Part shown: positions 9,123-19,163 of the stretch, in pieces
Layout of the letters: every line of letters starts with the position of its first letter
Position numbering within the stretch: the first letter of the stretch is position 1
Assembly (NCBI GenBank): GCA_005879975.1
Contig: VBIL01000037.1
Location: 1 to 56,375 of the forward strand
Origin: Chloroflexota bacterium
Lineage (GTDB): Bacteria; Chloroflexota; Limnocylindria; P2-11E
DNA length: 56,375 nt
Direction of reading: 5' to 3'
Translations under genes and position numbers: made by a program
The notes under the pieces: generated by a model
What the model saw: only the letters and a program-made list of their open reading frames with translations
The model's database searches: none
What the model was told of the DNA's origin: nothing

Positions 9123-9812
9123 TCAACCGAACAGCGGCAGGAAGTTGAAGAACTGCGCCAATCTGGCGAACTGGCCCGACACCAGCACAAGACCCATGGC
9201 GATCACGAGGGTACCGCCCGCCAGATTCACCACACGGATATGCGACGCGAGCCAGCGCGCTATCCGGCGCGCCCAGCCGATGCCGCCCGCCAGCAACAGG
9301 AAGGGCACGCCGAGCCCGAGAGCGTACGCGAGGAGCAGGACCGCCCCCGAGGCCAGATCTTCGTTCAGGAGAAGCGTCAGGATGGCGCCGAGGTACGGCC
9401 CGACGCATGGAGTGAAACCGATCCCAAAGGCCAGGCCGATGAGAAAGCTCCGGGTGAGACCGGTGGTGCCGCCCTCGAGTCGGAGGTCGAGCTCGCGGGC
9501 CAAGAAGGGTATGCGGATCAGACCGACCATCTGCATTCCGAGGACGACCAGAAGAAGCCCGCCCGCGCGCTGAAGCCAGAAGACCATCTCGCCCGAGAGC
9601 GCGCCGACGAGCGCGACAGCGACCCAGAGGGTAGTGAAGAGCGCCGAAAAGCCGAACACGAACGCCAGCGCATGCGCGAGCGTACGCGCGCGCTGAGTCC
9701 CGGCGAGGGCCGCCTCGCCTGCCATGTCCACGAGGAAGGCCGGCACGAGCGGCAGCACGCACGGCGAGAGGAACGAGAGCATCCCCGCACCGAACGCGAT
9801 CGCGATGTTCAG
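9123..9812 (-). CDS. ccdA: Cytochrome c biogenesis / disulfide transporter CcdA
   Basis: AFGAGMLSFLSPCVLPLVP, FTPCVGPYL, YALGLGVPFL. The conserved N-terminus extends upstream of ATG 9782 to CTG 9812. Confidence 0.9.
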   Translation of the reverse strand: MNIAIAFGAGMLSFLSPCVLPLVPAFLVDMAGEAALAGTQRARTLAHALAFVFGFSALFTTLWVAVALVGALSGEMVFWLQRAGGLLLVVLGMQMVGLIRIPFLARELDLRLEGGTTGLTRSFLIGLAFGIGFTPCVGPYLGAILTLLLNEDLASGAVLLLAYALGLGVPFLLLAGGIGWARRIARWLASHIRVVNLAGGTLVIAMGLVLVSGQFARLAQFFNFLPLFG

Positions 9813-9816
9813 GCGA

Positions 9817-10247
9817 TCAGCGTAGGCGTGAGGTCGCGTAGACGACCAGATCGAGACCGTAGAAACGGCCGGGGCCCTCGAGGGTCATCGCGCACTTCTC
9901 GGCCACGCGCCGTGAGCGGGCGTTGTCGGGGACGATGAGCGCGACGATCCGCAGGAGGCCGATCTCGCCGAACCCGTAGTCGACGAGCGCGCGGGCGGCC
10001 TCGGTCGCGTACCCCCTCCCCCACGCGCGCGGCGCGAGCTCATACGCGACCTCCACCTCCGGGCCCTTCCCCTCGACCGGAAACAGGCCGACCTGGCCGA
10101 GGAACTCGGCCGTCGCACGGAGCTCGAGCGCCCAGAGCCCGAGCCCGGGAGGCTGGCGCGCCGTGAACGCCATGGTGCGTCCGAGGCGCTGCGCCGTCTC
10201 CGGTACGGCCTGATGACGAGCCGCTCGGTCTCGAGAGGGATGGGCAT
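9817..10247 (-). pseudogene. RimJ/RimL-type GNAT N-acetyltransferase with internal deletion and frameshift near 10200
   Basis: LETERLVIRPY is in one frame; EVEVAYELAPRAWGRGYATEAA...DNARSRRVAEKC is in another; the segment normally between them is absent. Confidence 0.75.
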
Positions 10248-10248
10248 G

Positions 10249-11397
10249 CTATCCGATCGCTTGTGCCAGGTCGTCGATGAGATCGTCGACGGTCTCGATG
10301 CCCACCGAGAGGCGCACGAGTCCCGCCGGCGGCGCGAGCTTGGTCCCCCGGACCGACCCGTGGGTCATCGCCAGGGGGATCTCGACGAGCGATTCAACGC
10401 CGCCGAGCGATTCGGCGAGCGCGAAGATCTTCGTCCGCGCTGCGACACGCTTGGCGAACGTCTCGCCCCCGCGCAGCTCGAACGAGAGCATCCCGCCAAA
10501 CGCGCGCATCTGGCGGCGGGCGAGCGCGTGCTGCGGATGCGTGGCGAGCCCTGGGTAATTGACGCGCGTGACCTTGGGATGCTCCGCGAGCCATTCCGCG
10601 ATGGCCTGCGCGTTCGCGGAGTGCCGGTCCATTCGCACGCCGAGCGTCTTCGCGCCGCGGAGCACGAGCCAGGCGTCGAACGGACCCGGGACGCCGCCGG
10701 CCGCGTTCTGCACGAACGCGAGGCGATCGCGAAGCTCCGCATCGTTCCCCGCGAGCGCACCACCGACGACGTCGGAGTGCCCGCCGAGGTATTTCGTCGT
10801 CGAGTGAAGGACGAGGTCCGCACCGAGCTTGATCGGCCGCTGCAGATAGGGGCTCGCGAAGGTGTTGTCCACGACCGCGAGCGCCCGCGCCTTCTGCGCG
10901 ATCTCGGCGAGTGCGGCGATATCGAGCACCTTGAGCAGCGGGTTCGAGGGCGTCTCGATCCAGACCAGCTTCGTACGTGAACGAACGGCGCGCCGGACGG
11001 CGTCCAGCTTGCGCATGTCCACCGCCGTCAGGTCGATGCCCGCGCGGTCGAACACCCGCGCGAAGAGGCGATACGTTCCGCCGTAGACATCGTCTCCCAT
11101 GACCACGTGATCGCCCTTCGAAAGGAGGTGCGCGACCGCGTCGGACGCGGCCATCCCCGACGCGAACGCGAGGCCCCAGCGCGCGCCTTCGAGCGCAGCG
11201 AGGCACGTCTCGAGCGCCGTACGCGTGGGATTGCCGGTGCGCCCGTATTCGTAGCCCTTGTTCTTGCCGACGGCTTCCTGCGCGAACGTGGACGTCTGAA
11301 AGATCGGGACAGTCACCGCCCCGGTCAGCCCTTCGGGATCTTGACCGGCGTGGATCGCAAGGGTCTCGAATCCGGGCTTGCGCGGGCTGCTCTTCAC
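10249..11397 (-). CDS. metB: Cystathionine gamma-synthase/gamma-lyase (PLP)
   Basis: YEYGRTGNPTR, FASGMAA, DVYGGTYRL, ETPSNP, DNTFASP, HSTTKYLGGHSD, AESLGGVESL. Confidence 0.9.
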   Translation of the reverse strand: MKSSPRKPGFETLAIHAGQDPEGLTGAVTVPIFQTSTFAQEAVGKNKGYEYGRTGNPTRTALETCLAALEGARWGLAFASGMAASDAVAHLLSKGDHVVMGDDVYGGTYRLFARVFDRAGIDLTAVDMRKLDAVRRAVRSRTKLVWIETPSNPLLKVLDIAALAEIAQKARALAVVDNTFASPYLQRPIKLGADLVLHSTTKYLGGHSDVVGGALAGNDAELRDRLAFVQNAAGGVPGPFDAWLVLRGAKTLGVRMDRHSANAQAIAEWLAEHPKVTRVNYPGLATHPQHALARRQMRAFGGMLSFELRGGETFAKRVAARTKIFALAESLGGVESLVEIPLAMTHGSVRGTKLAPPAGLVRLSVGIETVDDLIDDLAQAIG

Positions 11398-11426
11398 GTC
11401 ACGGCCAGTATGCCGAGAATGCCGAT

Positions 11427-11894
11427 GTGAACCCGCTGCGCCTCCAGGCGCTCGCCCTCGGGGCCAGCCTCGCCCACGTTCTGGTCGATTTTCAGGTCGG
11501 TCTCTACGGCACGGGCGCGACCGTCAACGCCCTGCAAGCCGCGAACATCGTGGACTACGACGCGGTCTATGTCCTATGGGCGTGGGCGCTCGGCGCGGCG
11601 GCTGGGAGCCGCGGCGCGGTCGCCGCTCTTGTGGTGCTGGCAGGCGCATGGTCGGCGTTCGCCCAGGGCGTCGTCGGCTTCGTGGCATGCCCGCCACCGT
11701 GCGGAGGGGCGACCGGCATGCAGGACGCCGCGCACTTTCTAAGCCTGGTCTTCGGTGCCTGGGCGTCCATAGGGACCGCTCGCGCCTTTGGCGAGGGTGC
11801 GGGCCGCGTGAGCTGGTGGCCGACCGTATTCGCGGTCGCGCTCATCGTTACCGGCTTTGTTCTTGAAGGAATGACGTTCGCAACCACGCGCTGA
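11427..11894 (+). CDS. Hypothetical membrane protein (about 5 TM) with CPPPC motif
   Basis: Hydrophobic helices; GFVACPPPCGG; lies opposite to its neighbours. Confidence 0.7.
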   Translation: MNPLRLQALALGASLAHVLVDFQVGLYGTGATVNALQAANIVDYDAVYVLWAWALGAAAGSRGAVAALVVLAGAWSAFAQGVVGFVACPPPCGGATGMQDAAHFLSLVFGAWASIGTARAFGEGAGRVSWWPTVFAVALIVTGFVLEGMTFATTR

Positions 11895-11916
11895 GCGTTT
11901 AGACCCGCGAGCCGAC

Positions 11917-13290
11917 CTACGAACGCCTCCGCCGGTGAGCGACGAACTCCAATAGATCCGCCTTCGTGATGATCGACACCGGTCGGTCGTCGCGCGCCGC
12001 AAGCAGGGCCGGAGCGCCGCTCGACAGCTCCTGGTACAGGCGCTCGACGTCATCGGTCGCCTGCACCACCGGGAATGGTGGATCCATGAGGCGCTCGACG
12101 CGCTCGTCGACGAGTGAGGGCTCGCGAAAGACGCGATCGAGCATCGTCTTTTCCTGAACGCTGCCGACGATGTCGGTCACTGTGCCCGCGGCGCCGTCGG
12201 CCGTGACCGGGATCTGCGAGATGCCGTAGCGCTGCATCGTGTCGATCGCCTGCCGCACGCTCTCGCTCTTCGATACGCAGATGAGCTCGGGTGTCCCGAC
12301 GCGGTCCTTCATCACGTCGCTCACGGTCGCGGGCACGACGAACCCGAGGAACCCGTTCTGCCGCATCCACTCGTCGTTGTAGATCTTCGAAAGATAGCTG
12401 CGGCCCGAGTCGGCGAATAGCACCAGCACCAGCGCGTGGCTGTCGAGGTCTTTCGCGATCTCGAGGGCCGCGAACATCGCGGTGCCCGACGATCCGCCGA
12501 CGAGGATCCCTTCCTCGCGCGTGAGCCGTCGCGCGGTCAGGAACGCGTCGCGATCCGCGACGCGCACCCAGCGGTCGACCAGCGTCGGGTCGAACGTGCC
12601 CGGGTAGAAGTCTTCCCCGATGCCCTCGGTCTTATACGGATGGATATCGCCGGTGTAGATCGAACCCGCGGGGTCGGCGCCCACGATCACGATGGCTTTG
12701 TTCTTTGCTTTCAGGTACCGCCCTGCCCCGGTGACCGTCCCGCCGGTCCCGACGCCCGCGACCAGATGGGTGATGCGTCCTTCGGTCTGCTCCCAGATCT
12801 CCGGGCCTGTCGTCCGGTAGTGCGCCTCGGGATTCATCGCGTTGTAGTACTGATTGGGCTGGAAGGCGCCCGGAATGTCGCGTGTGAGCCGGTCCGCGAC
12901 CTTGTAGTAAGACTCCGGCGACTCAGGCGGGACCGCGCTGGGGCACACCACGACCTCCGCCCCGTACGCCCTGAGGAGATCGCGCTTTTCCTGGCTTTGC
13001 TTATCGGCCATCGTGCAGATGAGGCGATATCCCTTGATCGCCGCGGCCATCGCGAGACCGACGCCGGTGTTGCCGCTCGTTGGCTCGACGATGACGCCTC
13101 CCGGACGCAGGAGGCCGCGGCGCTCAGCGTCTTCGATCATCAACATGCCGATACGGTCCTTGACCGAGCCGCCGGGATTCAGGTGTTCGAGCTTCGCGAC
13201 GATCGTGGGCCGAAGCCCCTTGCCGATGCGCGAAAGGCGCACGAGCGGTGTTCGGCCGACGAGCGCGAGGATGTCCGGCGCGATCGTCAC
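11917..13290 (-). CDS. cbs: Cystathionine beta-synthase with C-terminal CBS domains
   Basis: GRTPLV, LNPGGSVKDRIG, EPTSGNTG, GVGTGGT, EGIGEDF, followed by a CBS pair. Confidence 0.94.
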   Translation of the reverse strand: MTIAPDILALVGRTPLVRLSRIGKGLRPTIVAKLEHLNPGGSVKDRIGMLMIEDAERRGLLRPGGVIVEPTSGNTGVGLAMAAAIKGYRLICTMADKQSQEKRDLLRAYGAEVVVCPSAVPPESPESYYKVADRLTRDIPGAFQPNQYYNAMNPEAHYRTTGPEIWEQTEGRITHLVAGVGTGGTVTGAGRYLKAKNKAIVIVGADPAGSIYTGDIHPYKTEGIGEDFYPGTFDPTLVDRWVRVADRDAFLTARRLTREEGILVGGSSGTAMFAALEIAKDLDSHALVLVLFADSGRSYLSKIYNDEWMRQNGFLGFVVPATVSDVMKDRVGTPELICVSKSESVRQAIDTMQRYGISQIPVTADGAAGTVTDIVGSVQEKTMLDRVFREPSLVDERVERLMDPPFPVVQATDDVERLYQELSSGAPALLAARDDRPVSIITKADLLEFVAHRRRRS

Positions 13291-13314
13291 GTGGTGATGT
13301 TAGTTCTCGGGCGG

Positions 13315-13794
13315 CTAGCGGCCGCGCCGTTCCACGAGGAGGTACAGGCCGACCACGATGAGGATCAAAGGGACGAAGTAAGGCTGCGCGTCCGCCGGGA
13401 CGAGGACCACATTGAGGAAGAGATCGGCGATCGCGACGACCGCGAGGATCGCCGCGATCGCGAGCAGAAGACGCCGTGCGGGCGCCAGCGCGAAGACGAC
13501 GAAGAGGCCAAGCGCGAGCGTCCCCAGGAACACCGGGCCTGCGGTCTCGGCGGGCAGGTCGAAAAGGCTCGGGAACACGAGGCCGAGACCGAAGCCGATG
13601 AGCACTCCCGCGGGCACGAGGTAGACGAACTGCTTCGAGCCAAGCCACCAAGCAGCGCCAAAAGCGAGTCCGAGAGCGACGAAGAGATACGCGCCCGCGT
13701 CCCGCACTCCGAGCGGAGGCAACAGGAAAGCCGCGCCGACTGCGAGAAGGACGGCGCCGCCGATGACCCCGCGAGGCGCTGCCGTCGATCGCAT
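13315..13794 (-). CDS. Hypothetical integral membrane protein
   Basis: 159 aa, about 6 TM helices. Confidence 0.75.
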   Translation of the reverse strand: MRSTAAPRGVIGGAVLLAVGAAFLLPPLGVRDAGAYLFVALGLAFGAAWWLGSKQFVYLVPAGVLIGFGLGLVFPSLFDLPAETAGPVFLGTLALGLFVVFALAPARRLLLAIAAILAVVAIADLFLNVVLVPADAQPYFVPLILIVVGLYLLVERRGR

Positions 13795-13798
13795 GCGT

Positions 13799-15028
13799 CT
13801 AGTAAACCTGCCGTTCCTCGAACGGCAACGCTCCCTCGTCCAGCCGGCGAGGGCGTTCGCCCTGCAGCGACTCGGCGTACTTCAACCCGGTCCCCGTGTT
13901 GAAGACCACGACCTGTTCTCCATCGCGGATCCATCCCGCGCGGCGAAGCTTCGTCGCGCCGGCGAGTCCCGCGGCGCCTTCCGGACACACGAGCATGCCT
14001 TCCGTCTCGCCCGCGGTCCGCATCTGGGCGGCGATCTCCTCGTCGGTCACGGCGACGGCCGTCCCTTCGGACTCGCGCAGCGCCCGCAGCACGATGAAGT
14101 CCCCGAGCGCCTTCGGCACGCGGATCCCCGCGGCGAACGTCTGCGGATCGGGCCACGACTCGGACTCGCCGCGTCCATCGGTGAAGGCCTTCACGATCGG
14201 CGCGCAGCCGGTCGACTGGACGGCGACGAATCGCGTCTTCGCGTTGGCATCCAGCCAACCGATGGCACGCGCCTCCTGAAACGCCTTCCACATTCCTATC
14301 AACCCGACGCCACCACCGGTGGGGTAGACGATCACGTCCGGAAGCCGCCACTCGAGCTGGTGTGCGAGCTCGAAGCCCATGGTCTTCTTGCCTTCGATCC
14401 GATATGGCTCGCGCAGCGTGGACGCGTCGTACCAGCCGTACCGGGAGCAGGCACCGCGCACGACCTGCCCCGCCTGGGCGATCGATCCGGGCACGACGTA
14501 GACCTCGGCGCCATACGCCGAGGTCTCACGCACGATCACATCTGGAGTCGTGTCCGGCATTACGACGATGACGCGGAGATGGGCGCGGGCCCCGTATGCC
14601 GCCCAGGCCGCCCCGGCGTTTCCGGCCGTCGGAAGGGCCAATGTACGGACACCGAGCTCTTTCGCGCGGGTCACACCGATCGCCGCGCCGCGCGCCTTGA
14701 ACGTACCGGTGGGTAGAAGCCCCTCATCTTTCACCTTGAGGTTCGCGATGCCGAGCGCGGCGCCCAGGCGCGGTGCCTCGTTCAGCGGCGTCATCGGCTC
14801 ACCCAGCGACACTCGGTTGTCGTCGCTCGTCGGGAGCAGCTCGCGGTATTGCCAGAGGGTCTGCTCGCGCCAGGAGAAGCCGTGCTTTGGGAACGCCGCC
14901 TTCGCGCGAACGAGGTCGTAGCGAACGAAGAGCGGTCCGCCGTCGTTCTTGCAGACCTGCGCGATCTGATCGACGGGAAAGTCCTCCTGGCAACGCGAGC
15001 ACTCGAGATGGGTCGCGAAGGACGTCAA
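13799..15028 (-). CDS. thrC: Threonine synthase family PLP enzyme
   Basis: SLGEPMTPL, KDEGLLPTGTFKARGA, PTAGNAG, EGKKTMG, YPTGGG, NTGTGLKY. Confidence 0.9.
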   Translation of the reverse strand: MTSFATHLECSRCQEDFPVDQIAQVCKNDGGPLFVRYDLVRAKAAFPKHGFSWREQTLWQYRELLPTSDDNRVSLGEPMTPLNEAPRLGAALGIANLKVKDEGLLPTGTFKARGAAIGVTRAKELGVRTLALPTAGNAGAAWAAYGARAHLRVIVVMPDTTPDVIVRETSAYGAEVYVVPGSIAQAGQVVRGACSRYGWYDASTLREPYRIEGKKTMGFELAHQLEWRLPDVIVYPTGGGVGLIGMWKAFQEARAIGWLDANAKTRFVAVQSTGCAPIVKAFTDGRGESESWPDPQTFAAGIRVPKALGDFIVLRALRESEGTAVAVTDEEIAAQMRTAGETEGMLVCPEGAAGLAGATKLRRAGWIRDGEQVVVFNTGTGLKYAESLQGERPRRLDEGALPFEERQVY

Positions 15029-16302
15029 GCGGCGCGTTCGATCTTTGCGCCAAGCGCGCGCAGGCGGCTATCGAGATCCTCGTAGCCGCGGTCGATCTGT
15101 TCGACGTTATTCATCACGCTCGTGCCCTTCGCGCAGAGCGTCGCCGCAAGAAGGGCCATACCCGCACGGATATCCGGGCTGCGGAGGTCTGTGCCGTACA
15201 GCTGTGAAGGCCCGACAACCACGGCCCGATGCGGATCGCACAACACCAGGCGCGCCCCCATGCTCTCGAGCGATCCGACCCAGTACATGCGGCCGGGGAA
15301 CATCCACTCGTGGATGAGCACGGTGCCCTCGGCCTGCGTCGCGACCGCCGTGGCGACGCTGGTGAGGTCGGATGGGAAACCGGGCCAGATCTGCGACTGG
15401 ACTTTAGGAATGGCTCCGCCGATGTCGTGCTCGATCAGGAGCCTGTCGCTCGCCTTAACGATCAGATCCTCGGCACGGACCTCGGTCTCGACACCGAGCC
15501 GCTTGAACACCAACCGTGTCATCCGCAGGTGCTGCGGGACCGCGTTCTTGATCGTGATCTCGCCGTGAGTCATCGCGGCGGCGCCGATGAGCGAGCCGAC
15601 TTCCATGTGGTCGCTCAGGATCGTGTGCTCGATACCCCTCAGGCTATCGACGCCGTCGATGGTGATCATGTTCGTACCGATCCCGAGGATGCGCGCGCCC
15701 ATCTTCATAAGTACCAGGCCGAGCTGTTGCACATGGGGCTCGCTGGCAGCGTTTCGGATGACGGTACGACCTTTCGCGAGGACACCGGCCATGAGGGCGT
15801 TCTCGGTCGCCGTGACCGACGCCTCGTCAAGCAGGATCTCCGCTCCTTTGAGGCCATCGGTGTGGAGCCCGTATCCCGACTGACTCGCGTCGAGCTCGGC
15901 ACCGAGCGCACGCAGCGCCAGGAAGTGGGTGTCGTTACGACGTCTGCCGATGACATCGCCTCCGGGTAAACCGAGCTTCACTTTCTTGTAGCGGGCGAGC
16001 AGGGGTCCGGCGAAGAGCAGCGACGTCCGGATCTCGCCGGCAAGCTTGCCCGGGACTTCGGTGCTGCGAAGTGCGCCGGTCACGCGGACCGAGTGCGGAT
16101 CGAGCTCCTCGATCTGGGCACCGAGCGCGCTCAGTATCTCGAGCATCCCCCGGACATCGCGGATGCGCGGAACGTTCCGCAGCGTCACCGGATCGTCGGT
16201 CAGCAAGCTCGCGGCGATGAGGGGAAGCGCCTCGTTCTTGTTGCCAGCCGGTGTGATCTCGCCGCGCAGCGGCGTGCCGCCTTCGACGATGAAGCGCGCC
16301 AT
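15025..16302 (-). CDS. murA: UDP-N-acetylglucosamine 1-carboxyvinyltransferase (Cys-to-Asp variant)
   Basis: GNKNEALP, LPGGDVIGRR, SVTATEN, NAASEPHV, WPGFPSDL, SPDIRAG, IDRGYE. Confidence 0.96.
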   Translation of the reverse strand: MARFIVEGGTPLRGEITPAGNKNEALPLIAASLLTDDPVTLRNVPRIRDVRGMLEILSALGAQIEELDPHSVRVTGALRSTEVPGKLAGEIRTSLLFAGPLLARYKKVKLGLPGGDVIGRRRNDTHFLALRALGAELDASQSGYGLHTDGLKGAEILLDEASVTATENALMAGVLAKGRTVIRNAASEPHVQQLGLVLMKMGARILGIGTNMITIDGVDSLRGIEHTILSDHMEVGSLIGAAAMTHGEITIKNAVPQHLRMTRLVFKRLGVETEVRAEDLIVKASDRLLIEHDIGGAIPKVQSQIWPGFPSDLTSVATAVATQAEGTVLIHEWMFPGRMYWVGSLESMGARLVLCDPHRAVVVGPSQLYGTDLRSPDIRAGMALLAATLCAKGTSVMNNVEQIDRGYEDLDSRLRALGAKIERAA

Positions 16303-16359
16303 CGGGCGAGAAGGGTAAGCGAACAGGAGGAGACCGGCCGCGAGCCGTTACTAGGAACT

Positions 16360-16387
16360 TCTCAGCGCCTTCTCATGTCCACTTCAT
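16360..16387 (+). promoter_or_regulatory. OmpR/PhoB-family operator: hexamers at 11-bp period (MprA-box-like)
   Basis: TCTCAG (16360), TCTCAT (16371), CTTCAT (16382) in the divergent region between murA and the small secreted protein gene. Confidence 0.55.
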
Positions 16388-16455
16388 GCGCGCGACGAGC
16401 GCGGGCCCCACGGTGGGATCGGGCCCACCCAACGACAAAAGAAAGGAGACACGAC

Positions 16456-16710
16456 ATGGACATCAAAGGGGCGGTCATCGCGGCGCTCGCAGGAGGTTCG
16501 ATGCTGGCAGGCGTGGCGATCGGAGCCACGTTCAGCGCGGGCTCGGCAGTGAATGCCGCGACGACCCCGACGAGCAGCAACGTCCGGAGCGACACCCCGA
16601 CGGCATCGCCGGGGGTCTTCGTTTCGAACGAGGATCCGGCTCACGAGGCGACCGAGAGCGCCGAACGCGAAGCGCAGGAGAACGCGGGCCAGCGCCCGAC
16701 GGTCCCCTAA
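16456..16710 (+). CDS. Small secreted protein (84 aa) with acidic C-terminal motif
   Basis: AAAGGAG RBS; signal peptide ending VNA; Thr/Ser linker; FVSNEDPAHEATESAEREAQENAG. Confidence 0.8.
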   Translation: MDIKGAVIAALAGGSMLAGVAIGATFSAGSAVNAATTPTSSNVRSDTPTASPGVFVSNEDPAHEATESAEREAQENAGQRPTVP

Positions 16711-16734
16711 CGCGACGGTCGGGGTCGCGCCAGG

Positions 16735-18178
16735 CTAATAGCCGAGTGCGATCCCGACCTTGGTCCCGTCGGTCCCGCCGCGCAGACCGCCGGCCTCGAT
16801 CATGATCGCGGCCGGTCGCGCAAAGAAGGTCGCCAGGACATCCTCGACCTTGACCTCGACCTCGTGTCCCATCTTCGCGAGCTCGGCACGCACGTGTTCG
16901 GGTATCCGCGAATCGACCTGCAGGCTCTCGCCCTCGTCGTGAACACGCGGCCGGCTGGTCGCCTCTTGCGGGCCGTCGCCGTAGTCCAATGCATTGACGA
17001 TGGTCTGGACCACCGCGGTCATGATCTTCCGTCCGCCAGGTGCTCCGCACACGAGGAAGGGACGGTCCCCGCGCAGCACGAGAGTCGGCGCACCCGCCCA
17101 GAGCACGCGCTTACCCGGCGCGATCGAATTCGGCCGGTCCGGACGTGGATCGAACCAGTACGTGCCATTGGTGATCAGCATTCCCGTGCCGCGCGCCATC
17201 ACGGCGGAGCCGAAACCGCCCCCGAGCGTCGCGGTGAGCGACACGAGCATCCGATCGCCGTCCACCGCGTTCACGTGAGTCGTGTTCGGCAGGTCGGCCA
17301 TCGCGGAAAGGCGCTCGACGAACGCCGTGCGTGACGCCACAGCGATCCGGTGGAGGCTCTCGGCGCCGAGCTGGGGCCAGCGGCGCAGGTCATCGCGCCC
17401 AAGGATGGCCAGCGTTCGTGCGACTGTCGGACCGCCGGTCAGGCCTGGAAGCGTGAGCACTTGATGGCCGCGATAGTCGAGCGCAAGCGGCGCGAGCTCG
17501 GCCGCCTCGTACGTCGAAAAATCCTCGCGCGTCAGGATCCCTCCCCAGATCCGGCTGCACGAGACGCTCGGGAGGCTCGAACCCGGTCGGAGGCCGATAC
17601 GGCGCGCCGCCCTCGCGGTAGTAGACGCGCTTCGCCTCCGCGTTCTTGTGCAGTCGCGACGCGAATGCCCCGAAGATGAGCGTGCTGTACCAATCGATGA
17701 GGAAGCCCTCTTTGGCGAGACGGATCGCCGGTTCGAAGAGGCGAGCCCAAGGGAGCTTGCCCAAGCGGCGATGAGCGAGCTCATATGCCGCCACCGCGCC
17801 CGGCACGCTCACCGACAAGGGACCCTCGGCGTTCGCGTCGTCTTTCACCGCGGGCCATCCGTACATGCCGGCGCGCGCATCCCCACCGCGGAGCTCGAAC
17901 ATGTCCTCGCGCGACGCGATCGGCGCGCGAGTTGAGCCGTCGAACGCGCTCGTCTTGCCGTCCCGCCAGATCACCAGGCCCGCGATGCCGCCGAGCCCGC
18001 TCCCGATCGGCGAGGTCACGCCGAGCGCGAAGGCCGTCGCCAGCGCGGCGTCGAGGGCGTTCCCGCCCTGACGCAACATTTCGACGCCCGCCTCGGCAGG
18101 AAGCGGGTCGGCCGTGACCATGCCTTTGCTCGCGGCGGCCTCGGTCTTAGTGAAAAGCCACTCGCTCCGCGTGCCCAC
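16735..18178 (-). pseudogene. ggt: Gamma-glutamyltransferase, split by a deletion and frameshift near 17545
   Basis: GGNALDAALA, SGLGG, SVPGAV, LVQPDL are in one frame; GGILTREDF, NTTHVNAVD, GAPGGRKI, RPRVH are in another. Confidence 0.85.
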
Positions 18179-18193
18179 TGTGCTTTTCTCGCG

Positions 18194-18487
18194 CTAGGAG
18201 AGCTGTTTCGTGACCCGGACGGCCTCGTCCGAGGTGAAAGCGCGCATCGTGCGGCTGCGGCCGTTGCCCGCCAGGCCGTACTCAAGAGCATTGCGAAGCG
18301 CGACGTCGTCGTTCGGTGCCTCGGTGATCGCGACCGCGTCGTACTCGCCGAATGTCAAGTAGACGTCGACGAGCTTTCCGCCGGCGCGCTCGAGCCGCTC
18401 CCGGCTCGCCGCGACACGCTTGTCCCAGTCCTTGATCGTCTTGATGCCTTGCTCGGTGAAGCTGATGAGCGTGATGTAACGGGCCAC
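18194..18487 (-). CDS. GYD domain protein
   Basis: YITLISFTEQGIK, YLTFGEYDAV, GNGRSRTMRAF; 97 aa. Confidence 0.9.
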   Translation of the reverse strand: MARYITLISFTEQGIKTIKDWDKRVAASRERLERAGGKLVDVYLTFGEYDAVAITEAPNDDVALRNALEYGLAGNGRSRTMRAFTSDEAVRVTKQLS

Positions 18488-18548
18488 GTCTGTTTTCTTG
18501 CCTCCCCTGCGAACGCGCGCGGAGTCTATTCGCCCGTAGGCTAATCGC

Positions 18549-19163
18549 ATGCGGTATGCGGCGGTCGGCTTCGACCTCCTCACCGCGCTGCTCGACACGT
18601 GGTCGCTCTGGTCGGAGATCGCCGGCGGCCGCGAGCTCGGCATGCGCTGGCACGCGGCCTCACAGGAGCTCCTCCGCGGAAAACGCTATCGGCCTTTCGA
18701 GGAGATCGTGCGTGAAGCCGCGTCGGGAGTCGGACTCGACGCGAAACGTCCGGCGGAGCTCTTGCGGCGCTGGGGCCGCGACTTCGAGCCCTGGCCTGAT
18801 GTGCCGCCGGTTCTCGAGCGCCTCGATGGCAGCCGTCGATTCATTGTCACGAACTGCTCCCGCAAGCTCGGCCGGCTGGCCGCGTTTCGCGCTGGGCGCT
18901 TCGAGCTTGTCGTGACCGCTGAAGAGGCCGGCGCATACAAGCCCGATCCGCTTCCTTATCGGATGGCGCTTGATCGACTCGGCCTCGACCCGGTGGAGGT
19001 TCTCTTCGTCGCCGGCTCCGCCCACGACGTCGGCGGGGCTGCACGCGTCGGAATGGACGTGTACTGGGCGAATCGCGGAGGCGCGCCCGCGCCGACCGAC
19101 GGCGCCGCGCTCCGCGAGGAGCCCGACCTGCGTGGATTGCTCGAGACGCTGGGCGCATCGTGA
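18549..19163 (+). CDS. HAD-superfamily hydrolase (haloacid dehalogenase-like)
   Basis: FDLLTALLD, VTNCS, AGAYKPDP, VAGSAHDVGGA. Confidence 0.9.
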   Translation: MRYAAVGFDLLTALLDTWSLWSEIAGGRELGMRWHAASQELLRGKRYRPFEEIVREAASGVGLDAKRPAELLRRWGRDFEPWPDVPPVLERLDGSRRFIVTNCSRKLGRLAAFRAGRFELVVTAEEAGAYKPDPLPYRMALDRLGLDPVEVLFVAGSAHDVGGAARVGMDVYWANRGGAPAPTDGAALREEPDLRGLLETLGAS

